From: an uncultured Bacteroidales bacterium
Lineage (GTDB): Bacteria > Bacteroidota > Bacteroidia > Bacteroidales > Bacteroidaceae
Assembly: GCA_937900095.1 (NCBI GenBank)
Contig: CALCEC010000081.1
Location: 6,706-70,705 of the forward strand
Length of the DNA stretch: 64,000 bases
Direction: 5' to 3'
Shown here: in pieces, positions 1 through 10,184 of the stretch
Layout of the letters: each line of letters starts with the position of its first letter
Numbering within the stretch: the first letter of the stretch is position 1
Translations under genes and position numbers: made by a program
Notes under the pieces: model-generated
The model's database searches: none
Seen by the model: only the letters and a program-made list of their open reading frames with translations
Told to the model about the DNA's origin: nothing

Positions 1-16
1 GGAATCAAATTCTGAA

Positions 17-820
17 ATGATGATGCACCGTCTGTTTATCACATTGGCCATGTTGGCATCACTCTTCCTTGCGTCATGTGAGGTTGAGATGCCCGAGGAT
101 ATCATAAAGCCGGATAGAATGGAACGGCTGCTCTATGACTATCATCTGGCACAATCAATGTCGTCGGAATATACGGCTGCCGACTATAAGGAAAAACTCT
201 TTTTTGATTATGTTTTTTCAAAGCATAATGTGACCAAGGAGCAATTCGAGAATTCCATGGTGTGGTATAACAGGTATCCCAAGTATCTGAAGAGTATATA
301 TACTGATCTGGAAAAGCGTCTTGAAGAAGAGGTGGAGAGAATGGGTAATGCAGGTGTAATAGAGGAGGATGTATCGCTTGATGCCGTTTTCCTCGAATCC
401 GATACCGTTGATCTGTGGACCGGGTCACGCAACAGGATACTTTCTTGTACAATGCTCGACAGTCATCTGTCGTTCGGTTTTGATGTTCCCGATGATTCGA
501 CATTTGTGGCCGGCGATAGCCTTAGTCTGTCGTTCAGCGCAATGTTTGTTACGGCCGGTATACCTGATATCAGACAGCTTGCCCATGCTGTCCTTTCGAT
601 TGAATATGAAGATGGGTCTACCGGCAATAAGGGGGTTGATATGGATGGCAACGGTGAATATGTAGTAGCTGTCAACAGGAATAATGCTTCAAAACCGAAG
701 TCAGTTGTCGGTTTTGTATACTATTTTGATACCGATACTACCGCTGTGGCAAAACTGCTTCTCAGTGACATCTCCTTGAAGAGGATTCATCCGTCAAAGA
801 GTGTCGTAAAGGATAATTGA
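17..820 (+). CDS. DUF4296-like lipoprotein
   Basis: Signal peptide with lipobox (LFLASC). The N-terminal IKPDRMERLLYDYHLAQSM segment resembles Bacteroidetes DUF4296 lipoproteins. Family recalled from memory, not searched. Confidence 0.6.
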   Translation: MMMHRLFITLAMLASLFLASCEVEMPEDIIKPDRMERLLYDYHLAQSMSSEYTAADYKEKLFFDYVFSKHNVTKEQFENSMVWYNRYPKYLKSIYTDLEKRLEEEVERMGNAGVIEEDVSLDAVFLESDTVDLWTGSRNRILSCTMLDSHLSFGFDVPDDSTFVAGDSLSLSFSAMFVTAGIPDIRQLAHAVLSIEYEDGSTGNKGVDMDGNGEYVVAVNRNNASKPKSVVGFVYYFDTDTTAVAKLLLSDISLKRIHPSKSVVKDN

Positions 821-831
821 TGTCGTGAACC

Positions 832-1095
832 ATGAAGTATCTGGCACGTATGCTTTATATGCCATGGGGAGAAGAGTTTCATTCTCAGGTTGTTGATGTG
901 GTTGCCGGGAAGGTGCAGACGGTCTCTCCTTTTGAGGAGGAGTTGCACTCAATGATTCTTGTGGATGAGGTCTATATAACCTCTTTTGATTCAGCTATAG
1001 CTGTTTCTGATATAAAAATAGAGATCCACCATGCAGGTGGGTCTCTTTATGCGTATTCAGCCAATGAGGCGGGGGTGCTTACACGTCTTTTGTGA
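832..1095 (+). CDS. hypothetical small protein
   Basis: Only ORF in this gap and no recognisable motif. It ends 2 nt from the stop of the convergent methyltransferase, so support is weak. Confidence 0.3.
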   Translation: MKYLARMLYMPWGEEFHSQVVDVVAGKVQTVSPFEEELHSMILVDEVYITSFDSAIAVSDIKIEIHHAGGSLYAYSANEAGVLTRLL

Positions 1096-1097
1096 TT

Positions 1098-1856
1098 CTA
1101 CCTCATACGGCGACGGAACTCGCTGCAGATGATGGCCGTTGCCGTCGATACGTTGAGTGACTCGGAAGTATCACGTCCGGTGGGGTAGTTGGGGATGAGG
1201 AGACGCTCGGTGATGTGCCGTGAGCATTCTACACTTATCCCGTTACCTTCATTGCCCATGACTATTATGCCTTTGGTGCTCAACTCCTCGTTGTATACAT
1301 CCTTCCCGTCAAGGAATGTACCGTAAACAGGAGCTTTCTCTTTTGCTTTCTCTAAGAATTCTGTCAGGTCTGTGTAAAACACTTTTACCCGTCCTGCGGC
1401 TCCCATTGTCGCTTGTATACATTTGGGATTGTATATGTCGGCACTTTCAGTTGAACAATATATCTCCTCTATGCCGAACCAGTCGGCAATACGCACTATC
1501 GTTCCAAGATTCCCGGGGTCCTGTACGTTGTCAAGTGCAAGACAAAGACGCATTGTGGGAGCGTCATAATCAAGTGTATATCTCGGCTGTCTGAAAATTG
1601 CGAGAATGCCCTGAGGGGTACGGAGGAAACTGGCACGTTTCATCTCGTCTTCACTTACTTCTGTAATCATTGTGTTTTCCGGCGCCTTATGTTTGGCAAG
1701 CCACTCGCTTGTGGCAATTACAGTTTCAGTACTCATTCCGCAGGCAATGAGATCGCATACTGTCTTGCCGCCTTCGGCGACAAACATCCCGTGTTCTTTT
1801 CTGTATTTTTTTAGTTCAAGTGACTTTATCAGTTTTAGTAGACTCTTGCTTAACAT
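1098..1856 (-). CDS. TrmH/SpoU-family RNA 2'-O-methyltransferase
   Basis: SpoU motifs LDNVQDPGNLGTIVRIADWFG, IVMGNEGNGIS and LNVSTATAIICSEF. Start moved to ATG 1856 (MLSKSLLKL) because the 80-codon upstream extension runs through the divergent promoter region. Confidence 0.85.
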   Translation of the reverse strand: MLSKSLLKLIKSLELKKYRKEHGMFVAEGGKTVCDLIACGMSTETVIATSEWLAKHKAPENTMITEVSEDEMKRASFLRTPQGILAIFRQPRYTLDYDAPTMRLCLALDNVQDPGNLGTIVRIADWFGIEEIYCSTESADIYNPKCIQATMGAAGRVKVFYTDLTEFLEKAKEKAPVYGTFLDGKDVYNEELSTKGIIVMGNEGNGISVECSRHITERLLIPNYPTGRDTSESLNVSTATAIICSEFRRRMR

Positions 1857-1886
1857 TTTTACTCCTTTGTTCAGGTTAAAGTACTG

Positions 1887-1894
1887 CAAATCTA
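1887..1894 (-). promoter_or_regulatory. Bacteroides-type -7 box (TAgaTTTG) for the methyltransferase gene
   Basis: caaatcta on the + strand is TAGATTTG on the - strand, 31 nt upstream of ATG 1856. It matches the TAnnTTTG consensus. Confidence 0.4.
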
Positions 1895-1917
1895 CTTTAT
1901 TTCTTCCAGGATTTTTG

Positions 1918-1925
1918 TATATTTG
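1918..1925 (+). promoter_or_regulatory. Bacteroides-type -7 box (TAtaTTTG) for the Omp85-family gene
   Basis: tatatttg lies 29 nt upstream of ATG 1954, back to back with the divergent box at 1887-1894. Confidence 0.4.
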
Positions 1926-1953
1926 CAAGAATTTTTTAAAATTGGGTATAATA

Positions 1954-4257
1954 ATGTCGTTGGGTAGAGTATTTCTTTTGATAATGTGTCTCCTGTCGGT
2001 ATTCTCCTGTTCGGTAAATAAATTTGTTCCCGAGGGAGAGTATCTGCTCAATGATGTAGATATTGTATCCACAACCAACCGTGCGAATGCCGTCAAGGCT
2101 GACGGGTATGTCCGTCTCCAGCCGAACTCAAAGTGGTTCAGTCTTTTCAGAATACCTCTTTACACATATTCATTGTCAGGTACTGATAGCCTCAAATGGA
2201 TAAACCGTGTATTAAGGCGTATTGGTGAGGCTCCGGTTATTTATGACGAGCAGATTGCCGAGAATTCCCGTCAGAATATCGAGCAGATGTTACGAAACGA
2301 AGGTTACTTGCACGCAACGGTAGACCTTGAATGCAAAAAAGACCCGGTGAAAAGACGTGCCGAAGCAACATACTATCTGCACGAACGCGAAAGGTATTAT
2401 ATTTCTGATGTAAGATTGAATACGGAAGATAAGGGGATTGAAGAGATTGTAATGGCTGATTCCCTCTCTTCTTTACTCAGGACGGGAATGCCTTTCAGTG
2501 TAGACGGGCTTGAGAGCGAGCGCAGGCGTATTACTGCCATGTTGAGGAATAAAGGCTACTATCGCTTCAGGAAAGAGTATATCACATATATAGCCGATAC
2601 TGCTCAATTTTCCAATGATGTGAGGCTTACTATGAATATCGCGCTGTTCACCCCGTCGTCTGATGCACAACCTGAAGAACACAGCCGGTATCATATCAAT
2701 GATATCTATTTTGTTTCGGGAGCAGGTCTTAACATAGACAGTGTGGAACTGGCACAGTGTGATACAATGGTTTTCGGTGATTACAGGATATTGCATAGAG
2801 GTGATCCCGTACTACGTCCGCGTCTGTTGGCGAACAACACCTATCTTGAGCGTGGGAGGATGTATTCGTTGAACGATGCCGAAATGACGCACAAATCATT
2901 TGTACAGCTTCCGGCACTCAAATACACTACAGTAAGGATAGCAGAGCATGCAGATACCTCATTGCTTGATTGTTACATAATGTATGAGCGCAGCAAGTCG
3001 CGTACAGTCGGTTTTGAGATTGAAGGAACTAATACAGCTGGAGACCTTGGAGCAGCAGCTTCCGTTACGATATCAGACAGGAACCTCTTCAAAGGCTCGG
3101 AACTTCTCTCGCTGCGTCTTTATGGAGCATATGAGGCTGTATCCAATCTCCGTGGATATACCGGTGAGAGGTTCCTCGAGTATGGTGCCGAGCTGAGTCT
3201 CAAGTTCAAAGGCGGTCTAATCTCAAATTATGTTCCGGTCGGTGAACGTAAGCTTACCTCATCTACGATGTTCGCCTTGAAATTCAATACGCAAGAGCGT
3301 CCTGAATTCGGACGTAGAGTGTTGTCGGGTTCATGGAGTTACATGTGGAGCAAGAAAGAAGAATCGAACCACAAACTTGACGTGTTGGACCTCAATTACA
3401 TTTACGTTCCTTGGATATCCGACACTTTCAAGAGCGAGTATCTTGACAGTATTTCCAACCGTAACTCAATCCTCAAGTATAACTATGAGAATCTGCTTAT
3501 TACAAAGCTGGGATACACATACTCTTATAACTCGTCGCTTGACGAATCAAGGCGCTTTGACCGTGTAGCATACTCATTGCGTGCAAGTGTGGAGAGCTCC
3601 GGTAACCTGTTATATATGGCGACCAGTGCTTTGAATGCATCAAAGAACAGCGATGGACAGTACACGTTCCTCAATATTGCATATGCACAGTATGTGAAAG
3701 GTGATATGGATCTGACGACTCGTGTGAAGATTGACGGGCGCAATTCGATTGTGGTGCACATGGGACTCGGTCTTGCCTATCCTTATGGAAACTCGAAGAT
3801 ATTACCTTTCGAAAAACGTTACTTTGCCGGTGGTGCCAACGGAATGCGTGGATGGACGGTACGTACACTCGGTCCCGGAACCTATAAGAACAAGGGTACG
3901 AATATTGATTTCATCAACCAATCGGGAGACATGAAAATTGATTTGAATGTGGAGTACCGCTCGCATCTTTTCTGGCGATTGCATTCGGCAGTATTCGTCG
4001 ATGCCGGAAATATATGGACCTTGCGTGCATACAAGGAGCAACCGGGTGGACAGTTCAATATAGGCACTTTCTATAAAGAGCTGGCTTTTTCATACGGAGT
4101 GGGCTTGAGATTCGAGCTTGATATGTTCGTGCTCCGCCTCGATGCGGCAATGAAAGCCGTGAATCCGGCCTATAGCGGCAGGGACAAATACCCTATAATT
4201 AATCCCGATTTAGGGCGGGACTTTGCATTGCACATAGCGATAGGTCATCCATTCTGA
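1954..4257 (+). CDS. Omp85/BamA-TamA family outer membrane protein
   Basis: Signal/lipobox (LLSVFSC), a POTRA-like N-terminal part, and a C-terminal barrel with RYFAGGANGMRGW and a terminal aromatic (GHPF). Start set at ATG 1954. The 94-codon extension in the ORF track overlaps the methyltransferase gene. Confidence 0.8.
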   Translation: MSLGRVFLLIMCLLSVFSCSVNKFVPEGEYLLNDVDIVSTTNRANAVKADGYVRLQPNSKWFSLFRIPLYTYSLSGTDSLKWINRVLRRIGEAPVIYDEQIAENSRQNIEQMLRNEGYLHATVDLECKKDPVKRRAEATYYLHERERYYISDVRLNTEDKGIEEIVMADSLSSLLRTGMPFSVDGLESERRRITAMLRNKGYYRFRKEYITYIADTAQFSNDVRLTMNIALFTPSSDAQPEEHSRYHINDIYFVSGAGLNIDSVELAQCDTMVFGDYRILHRGDPVLRPRLLANNTYLERGRMYSLNDAEMTHKSFVQLPALKYTTVRIAEHADTSLLDCYIMYERSKSRTVGFEIEGTNTAGDLGAAASVTISDRNLFKGSELLSLRLYGAYEAVSNLRGYTGERFLEYGAELSLKFKGGLISNYVPVGERKLTSSTMFALKFNTQERPEFGRRVLSGSWSYMWSKKEESNHKLDVLDLNYIYVPWISDTFKSEYLDSISNRNSILKYNYENLLITKLGYTYSYNSSLDESRRFDRVAYSLRASVESSGNLLYMATSALNASKNSDGQYTFLNIAYAQYVKGDMDLTTRVKIDGRNSIVVHMGLGLAYPYGNSKILPFEKRYFAGGANGMRGWTVRTLGPGTYKNKGTNIDFINQSGDMKIDLNVEYRSHLFWRLHSAVFVDAGNIWTLRAYKEQPGGQFNIGTFYKELAFSYGVGLRFELDMFVLRLDAAMKAVNPAYSGRDKYPIINPDLGRDFALHIAIGHPF

Positions 4258-4297
4258 TGTGTTTTGCAACTTATTTTGAAGTAAAAACAATAGATAT

Positions 4298-5101
4298 ATG
4301 GAAATCCGTTTTATGAGTATAGGCAGCGGAAGCTGCGGTAACAGTTACTACTTAGGGGTAGGTGACTATGGCATTCTCATCGATGCGGGAATCCCCTCGA
4401 AGACCATACGTATGGCTTTGAAGAAAGAGGGCATTCCTTTTGAGAGCGTGTGTGCCGTTTTTGTCACCCACGACCATGCAGACCATATCAAATCTTTGGG
4501 TGTGATATCGTCGAAGGCAAACATACCTGTGTATGCTACAGGTGAGGTGCACAAAGGTATAACACACAACTATTGCACGACAAAGCCCATTGATCCGATG
4601 TATGTGCGTTACGTAGAGAAGGGCGAGAAGGTAATTTTCCGTGATTTTGAGATTACTCCATTCGAGGTGCCGCATGACGGCAGTGACAACGTCGGTTACT
4701 TCATTGAGGTAGGCGAAAAGAGATTCTGCATCGCTACAGACTTGGGTGAGATAACAGATGAGGTGTCGTCATATATTGACCAGGCTAACTATCTTGTCAT
4801 GGAGTCTAACTACGAAGAGCAGATGCTTCTGATGGGACGTTATCCAGAGTTCTTGAAGATGCGTGTTTCCGGTCCTCGTGGACACTTGAGCAACCAGGTG
4901 ACTGCAAGCTATCTGGCATCGCACTTCAATGAGCACCTCAAGTATATCTGGCTGTGTCATTTGAGCGAAGAGAACAACCATCCGGAATTGGCCTACAAGG
5001 CTGTGGCTATGGAACTTGGCCGTTACGGGATAATCGCAGGTAAGGATGTGCAGCTTAATGTGCTCAAGCGTACTACGCCGTCACAGCTTTACAGACTATA
5101 A
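4298..5101 (+). CDS. MBL-fold metallo-hydrolase
   Basis: THDHADH metal-binding motif and an N-terminal SIGSGSCGNS beta-lactamase fold start. Confidence 0.85.
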   Translation: MEIRFMSIGSGSCGNSYYLGVGDYGILIDAGIPSKTIRMALKKEGIPFESVCAVFVTHDHADHIKSLGVISSKANIPVYATGEVHKGITHNYCTTKPIDPMYVRYVEKGEKVIFRDFEITPFEVPHDGSDNVGYFIEVGEKRFCIATDLGEITDEVSSYIDQANYLVMESNYEEQMLLMGRYPEFLKMRVSGPRGHLSNQVTASYLASHFNEHLKYIWLCHLSEENNHPELAYKAVAMELGRYGIIAGKDVQLNVLKRTTPSQLYRL

Positions 5102-5132
5102 AAGAGAATATTGATGATAAAAGTATATAACT

Positions 5133-6428
5133 ATGAATTTTGTACAGGAACTCAAATGGAGGGGCATGATTCAGGATATGACCCCCGGAACAGAAGAACA
5201 GTTGCAGAAGGAGATGACAAGTGCATATCTGGGTATTGACCCTACAGCCGATTCTCTTCATATCGGTCATCTTGTCGGTGTGATGATGCTGCGTCATTTC
5301 CAGCTTTGCGGTCACAAGCCCATTGCGCTCATCGGAGGTGCTACAGGTATGATAGGCGACCCTTCGGGCAAGTCAAAGGAGCGTGTGCTCATTGATGAAG
5401 AGAGGTTGCGTCACAACCAGGAGGCGCTCAAGAAACAGCTTGCACGTTTCCTTGATTTTGACAGCGATGCTCCAAACGCAGCGGTGCTTGTGAATAACTA
5501 TGATTGGATGAAAGAGTTTACTTTCCTCGATTTCATCCGCAATATCGGTAAGATGATTACCGTTAACTACATGATGTCAAAGGACTCTGTAAAACGTCGT
5601 CTCTCGGGTGAGGCCGGTACTGATGGTATGTCATTCACAGAGTTTACCTATCAGCTTCTTCAGGGCTATGACTATGTTCATCTTAACGAGACTCACGGCT
5701 GTAAATTACAGTTGGGTGGTGCCGATCAGTGGGGTAACATTACAACAGGTACCGAGATGATTCGCAAGATGTCAGGTAATGAGGTGTTTGCGCTTACCTG
5801 TCCGCTCATCACAAAGGCCGATGGCAAGAAGTTCGGTAAGACCGAGCAGGGTAATATCTGGCTTGACAAGCGTTATACATCACCTTACCGTTTCTACCAG
5901 TTCTGGTTGAACGTGAGTGACGAGGATGCCGAGAAGTATATCAAGATATTCACGTCTATCTGCCGCGAGGAGATTGAGGCCCTTGTGGCCGAGCATGCAC
6001 AGGCTCCGCATATGCGTCTGTTGCAGAAGCGTCTTGCCATGGAGGTTACAGTGCTTGTACATGGTGAGGAGGAGTACAACAAGACTGTTGAGGCATCAAA
6101 TATACTTTTCGGCAATGCTTCAACCGAGGCTCTCCGTTCACTTGACGAAGATACACTGCTTGCGGTGTTCGACGGTGTTCCCCAGTTTGAGGTTTCACGC
6201 GAGGCTATAGTCGAGGGTGTGAAGGCTGTTGACCTTACAACCGACCTTGCTGCAATCTTTGCTTCAAAAGGCGAGATGCGTAAGCTGGTGCAGGGCGGTG
6301 GCGTCTCTGTAAACAAGGAGAAACTCGCTGCTTTTGACCAGATAATAAATGCCGAGAGCTTGCTCAATGACAAGTATATCCTTGTACAGAAGGGCAAGAA
6401 GAACTATTTCTTGATAATTGTGAAGTAA
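5133..6428 (+). CDS. tyrS: tyrosine--tRNA ligase
   Basis: HIGH motif (LHIGHLV), KMSKS-type KFGKT and a C-terminal S4-like domain. Confidence 0.95.
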   Translation: MNFVQELKWRGMIQDMTPGTEEQLQKEMTSAYLGIDPTADSLHIGHLVGVMMLRHFQLCGHKPIALIGGATGMIGDPSGKSKERVLIDEERLRHNQEALKKQLARFLDFDSDAPNAAVLVNNYDWMKEFTFLDFIRNIGKMITVNYMMSKDSVKRRLSGEAGTDGMSFTEFTYQLLQGYDYVHLNETHGCKLQLGGADQWGNITTGTEMIRKMSGNEVFALTCPLITKADGKKFGKTEQGNIWLDKRYTSPYRFYQFWLNVSDEDAEKYIKIFTSICREEIEALVAEHAQAPHMRLLQKRLAMEVTVLVHGEEEYNKTVEASNILFGNASTEALRSLDEDTLLAVFDGVPQFEVSREAIVEGVKAVDLTTDLAAIFASKGEMRKLVQGGGVSVNKEKLAAFDQIINAESLLNDKYILVQKGKKNYFLIIVK

Positions 6429-6446
6429 TCGTTTCTGCATAGGACA

Positions 6447-6478
6447 AGCAGGACAGTGCCGATCGGCACTGTCCTGCT
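6447..6478. terminator. bidirectional stem-loop between tyrS and the DUF2752 gene
   Basis: Perfect 15-bp stem agcaggacagtgccg / cggcactgtcctgct with a 2-nt loop, followed by a T-rich run. Confidence 0.7.
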
Positions 6479-6508
6479 TTCTTATATCCGGGGATGCTGT
6501 TTGTGGCT

Positions 6509-6811
6509 CTATACAGTCCTTATTCTTTTTATGGTGTTCCGTATCTCCTTGCACCATATCCATAGAAGGAGCGGGAATAAAGGTGCAATGAGCGGGTTGT
6601 ATTCCCATGCCTGGGCAAACTTGCCGTATAGAAGTGAGAACAACGCGCGCGTCATGCCGCATCCCCAACACTCTGTGCCAAGGAATCTTTTGAAAAGACA
6701 GGTTGTCTCACCGTTGAAAATGCCGTCTGTGGGTACCGAATAGAGTATTGCCGGTAAAAGCAACAGGAGAAGGAGTTTGCTAATCGTTAGTAATCGGGTT
6801 GCCGTCTGCAT
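6509..6811 (-). CDS. DUF2752 domain membrane protein
   Basis: CLFKRFLGTECWGCGMTRA motif plus TM segments. Overlaps the upstream TM2 gene by 32 nt. Confidence 0.6.
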   Translation of the reverse strand: MQTATRLLTISKLLLLLLLPAILYSVPTDGIFNGETTCLFKRFLGTECWGCGMTRALFSLLYGKFAQAWEYNPLIAPLFPLLLWIWCKEIRNTIKRIRTV

Positions 6812-7097
6812 CGGTGAAGCTTCCTACAAGGATCATAATGAAGTCAATGAGGGCCCATATGCCACATCCGCCGCAAGTGAGCAGTTGCGCAATGCCTGTA
6901 CCTGTCTTGCCTACATAGAAACGGTGTACTCCAAGGCCACCGAGGAAAAAGCAAAGCAACAGTACCACAAGCCACTCTTTGTTACCTTTTGTGTTGTTTG
7001 CTCTGTTCTGTGGATTCTCGTTGATCCATGCACCGCACTTGGTGCATATTGCGGCATTCTCGTTCACTTCGGCGCCGCAGTTCTTGCAATAGGGCAT
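6780..7097 (-). CDS. TM2 domain protein with N-terminal zinc ribbon
   Basis: CKNCGAEV...CTKCGA zinc ribbon and TM2 signature LGGLGVHRFYVGKTGTGIAQLL. Confidence 0.7.
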   Translation of the reverse strand: MPYCKNCGAEVNENAAICTKCGAWINENPQNRANNTKGNKEWLVVLLLCFFLGGLGVHRFYVGKTGTGIAQLLTCGGCGIWALIDFIMILVGSFTDADGNPITND

Positions 7098-7231
7098 ATT
7101 ATCGGATTTTATGGGTTTATATTAAGGTTTATATACCGTTACAGCAAAAATAGGAATACTGCTTCGTTATTGTAATGAGTTATATTGATTTTTTTGTTTA
7201 TGATTCAAAAGATTAGAAGAGGTGAATGCCC

Positions 7232-7924
7232 TCAAAATATCATTCCCACAGAGAAGCTGAGGATGTTGTTCTTACGGCTGCTCTTGAACTCTTTGCCTAT
7301 CTTTGGAGCGCGAATGTATTTCGCTGCATCGGTGAGCCCAAGGTCATATACAAAATCAAAGAAAACATTGTATATCTTCACACCGAGACCAATCTCCCAA
7401 TAGTAGCTTTTTTTCTCAAGCACTTCCACAAGGTCGTCATATGTGAAATGTTTGAACAGCTGTTCGTCATGTGCAGTGAAGATGAACTTAGTCCTTGGAC
7501 CCGTAAAAACGCTCATTCCGTACTTGTTCTGCTTTATGAATTCGTACCCGAACAGTATCGGTACTTGCAGGCAATACGTCTTTAGGTAGTATTCAGGTAT
7601 GTTAGGTTCTATGTCGGTGATATTGCTCTTGCCGGTATCTTTGAAGTCGAAACAGTGGCGGGTGAGGCCCAAAGCAGTCTCTACCTGAATGTAGAACCTG
7701 TCGCGTGACAGACGCAGGAATGGCGTGAGAATATATCCTATCTTGTTGCTCTGGATGGTGTTCTCATTATAGGTGTAGTCCTCAATCTCAAAGGTGGGAT
7801 TGTTGTAGGTGATAGCCTGGAAACCGACCTTCACTCCTGCGTTGAGCCTTATCCGCTTCTTGCTCTCCTGGGCATTGGTGCACAAGGGGAGCAGAAGAAA
7901 TAGGTATATGATGAGATTATGCAT
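7232..7924 (-). CDS. outer membrane beta-barrel (PorT/OMP_b-brl_2-like) protein
   Basis: Start set at ATG 7924 (MHNLIIYLFLLLPLCTNAQ signal peptide). Alternating beta-strand pattern and a C-terminal Phe. Confidence 0.65.
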   Translation of the reverse strand: MHNLIIYLFLLLPLCTNAQESKKRIRLNAGVKVGFQAITYNNPTFEIEDYTYNENTIQSNKIGYILTPFLRLSRDRFYIQVETALGLTRHCFDFKDTGKSNITDIEPNIPEYYLKTYCLQVPILFGYEFIKQNKYGMSVFTGPRTKFIFTAHDEQLFKHFTYDDLVEVLEKKSYYWEIGLGVKIYNVFFDFVYDLGLTDAAKYIRAPKIGKEFKSSRKNNILSFSVGMIF

Positions 7925-7938
7925 CCTGTTATGGCTTC

Positions 7939-8505
7939 TTATTTGTTTTTCTTTACACTCCAGCCGAACTTGCCGATGAATTCTCCCAAATGGAAATATT
8001 TGCCATGTGTGTATACCAACGGATCGGCAGCGGCAAGGTTCCATTCGCCTGTCTCCGGGTTCAGATAACGGTCGTCGGCCTGTACGTTGACAACCTCGGC
8101 AAGGAACATGTCATGTGAACCCAATGGAATGACCTGCTTGACGCGGCACTCTATGCTCAAAGGCGATTCCATGATGATGGGGGCTTTCACAACCTTTGAA
8201 GGGCCGTATGTGAGCCCGGTCTCCTTTGCCTTGTCATAGTCCGCACCCGAGCGTACACCGCACCAGTCGGTTGCACGCGCCATGTTTGCTGTTGTCAGGT
8301 TTATAACAAATTCTCCGCTCTCTTTGATTATGGGGTAGGAGTGCCTTTCGGGGCGCACCGATATGTAGCACATCGCCGGGTTGGTACATGTTGTACCCAC
8401 CCACGACACGGTGAGCATATTGTAGTTCTCGGGCGAACTGCCACAGGTTATGAGTACGGCAGGCAGCGGGTATATCATCGTGCCCGGCTTCCAGTCAATC
8501 TTCAT
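7939..8505 (-). CDS. flavin reductase family protein
   Basis: 188-aa protein of FMN-binding split-barrel type (YPLPAVLITCG...TVSWVG). Confidence 0.75.
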   Translation of the reverse strand: MKIDWKPGTMIYPLPAVLITCGSSPENYNMLTVSWVGTTCTNPAMCYISVRPERHSYPIIKESGEFVINLTTANMARATDWCGVRSGADYDKAKETGLTYGPSKVVKAPIIMESPLSIECRVKQVIPLGSHDMFLAEVVNVQADDRYLNPETGEWNLAAADPLVYTHGKYFHLGEFIGKFGWSVKKNK

Positions 8506-8506
8506 G

Positions 8507-8971
8507 TCAAAGCAACTCTACGTTATTGATGTTGACCTCCTTCTCGCAATAACGGCATTTGAGAGTGCCTTCCTCGCGGTTAGACACGTAGAAGTGTGTT
8601 GCCATGGGCTCGTTGTTCGTTACGCAGTTGAGGTTGTTGCACTTGATGATGTCATGCAACTCGTCGGGGAGTTTCAGTTCGCGTTTTTCTACAACCTTGT
8701 AGTCACGTATGGTGTTGATGACAACGTTGGGGGCTACTACTGAAATCTTGCTCAGGTCGTCTTCGGTGAAGAAACAGTCGGCAATCTTGATGAGTCCTTT
8801 TTTGCCTATCTTCTTGCTGTCAAGGTTGTAGCCTATTGTTACATTGCTTTTCATTGCCGGAATGTCGAGCAGTGTCACTACTGCAAAGAGCTTGTCAGCG
8901 GGTATATGGTCAATTACGGTGCCGTTGCAGAGCGCTGATACCTGCATGGCGTGTTTGTTGTTCTCGTTCAT
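8507..8971 (-). CDS. pyrI: aspartate carbamoyltransferase regulatory subunit
   Basis: C-terminal zinc cluster (CNNLNC...CRYC). Lies immediately downstream of pyrB. Confidence 0.9.
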   Translation of the reverse strand: MNENNKHAMQVSALCNGTVIDHIPADKLFAVVTLLDIPAMKSNVTIGYNLDSKKIGKKGLIKIADCFFTEDDLSKISVVAPNVVINTIRDYKVVEKRELKLPDELHDIIKCNNLNCVTNNEPMATHFYVSNREEGTLKCRYCEKEVNINNVELL

Positions 8972-8985
8972 GGTCTCTTTATCCT

Positions 8986-9900
8986 TTAGATTTTAATGTC
9001 AAGTACATCGCAGATAAGTGCCTCGCGCACATAAAGTCCGTTCTGTGCCTGCTGGAAATAGTATGCCTTTGGGTTCTCGTCAACATCGTGCGCAATCTCG
9101 TTGACGCGTGGCAGCGGGTGAAGTATGCGCAGGTTCTCCTTTGTGTTGGCAAGCATTGAGTTTGTCAGACGGTAGCAGTTCTTCACCTTCTCATATTCCA
9201 TAAGGTCACTGAAGCGCTCGCGCTGTACACGGGTCATATATATAATGTCGGCCGATGCAATGACATCCTCATTGAATTCCGTTGTCTCGGTGAACGGTAT
9301 GTTGTTCTCGCGGCAGAAGATGCGGTACTCCTCGGGCATGTGCAACTCCTCGGGCGCTATGAAGTGGAATTTCGGCTTGAAGTGACGCATGGCGTGCAGC
9401 AGCGAGTGTACTGTACGTCCGTACTTGAGGTCACCTACAAGGTGTATGTTAAGACCTTCGAGAGTGCCCTGGGTCTTCAGTATTGAGTAGAGGTCAAGCA
9501 TTGTCTGGGAAGGGTGCTGGTTGGCACCGTCACCGGCGTTGATGACAGGGACGGGCGACACCTCGCTTGCATAGCGCGCGGCACCTTCGAGACGGTGGCG
9601 CATCACAATGACATCAGCGTAGCTCGATACCATCATTATCGTGTCTTTGAGGGTCTCTCCTTTGCTTGATGAACTTGTTGCTGCGTCGCTGAAGCCGATA
9701 ACGCGTGCACCAAGACGGTTGGCTGCTGTCTCAAAGCTGAGGCGTGTGCGGGTCGACGGCTCAAAGAAGAGGGAGCCTACAACGCGGCCGTCAAGGATTT
9801 TGCTATTTGGGTTCTGCTCGAATTTCTCGGCTGTCTCCAGCAATGAGAGTATCTTTTCACGGCTGAGATCATTGATGGATACTAAACTTCTACTTTTCAT
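8986..9900 (-). CDS. pyrB: aspartate carbamoyltransferase catalytic subunit
   Basis: STRTR carbamoyl-phosphate motif and HPLPR motif. Start set at ATG 9900 ([12 protein letters not shown]). Confidence 0.9.
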   Translation of the reverse strand: MKSRSLVSINDLSREKILSLLETAEKFEQNPNSKILDGRVVGSLFFEPSTRTRLSFETAANRLGARVIGFSDAATSSSSKGETLKDTIMMVSSYADVIVMRHRLEGAARYASEVSPVPVINAGDGANQHPSQTMLDLYSILKTQGTLEGLNIHLVGDLKYGRTVHSLLHAMRHFKPKFHFIAPEELHMPEEYRIFCRENNIPFTETTEFNEDVIASADIIYMTRVQRERFSDLMEYEKVKNCYRLTNSMLANTKENLRILHPLPRVNEIAHDVDENPKAYYFQQAQNGLYVREALICDVLDIKI

Positions 9901-10184
9901 AATCCAATATGTTTTCCTTAATTTAGAATGGCGCGACACAGTGCGGCCTGCATTGCATGTGTTGTTGGCCTGTTTTCGCAAAGGTAATTGAAAGTTGCCG
10001 TTTTGACAATATCAGAAGCTTATTTATTTTAAAAAAATAAAGCACGCGTAAAGCTTGCCTTTAATTGAAATATTTGTATTATTTTTGCATGATATTAGGT
10101 TTGCTGTGTTGGTCGGTTATCATACATGTTGCCCGGCCATATCAAAAGAGCCAACCTGATGTAAACACTAATAAAAACGACATT

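Noticed and set aside
1672-2096. N-terminal extensions of both divergent ORFs (1672-1953 on +, 1857-2096 on -)
   Set aside because: The extensions overlap each other and the opposite gene. Internal ATGs follow consensus -7 boxes and give a proper signal peptide or family-typical N-terminus.
10065-10184. 40-codon N-terminal extension of the PBP1A ORF
   Set aside because: The ATG at 10185 directly precedes the membrane anchor (MLKKILIGLWVAFFVGLL). The extension covers the promoter-like AT-rich region.
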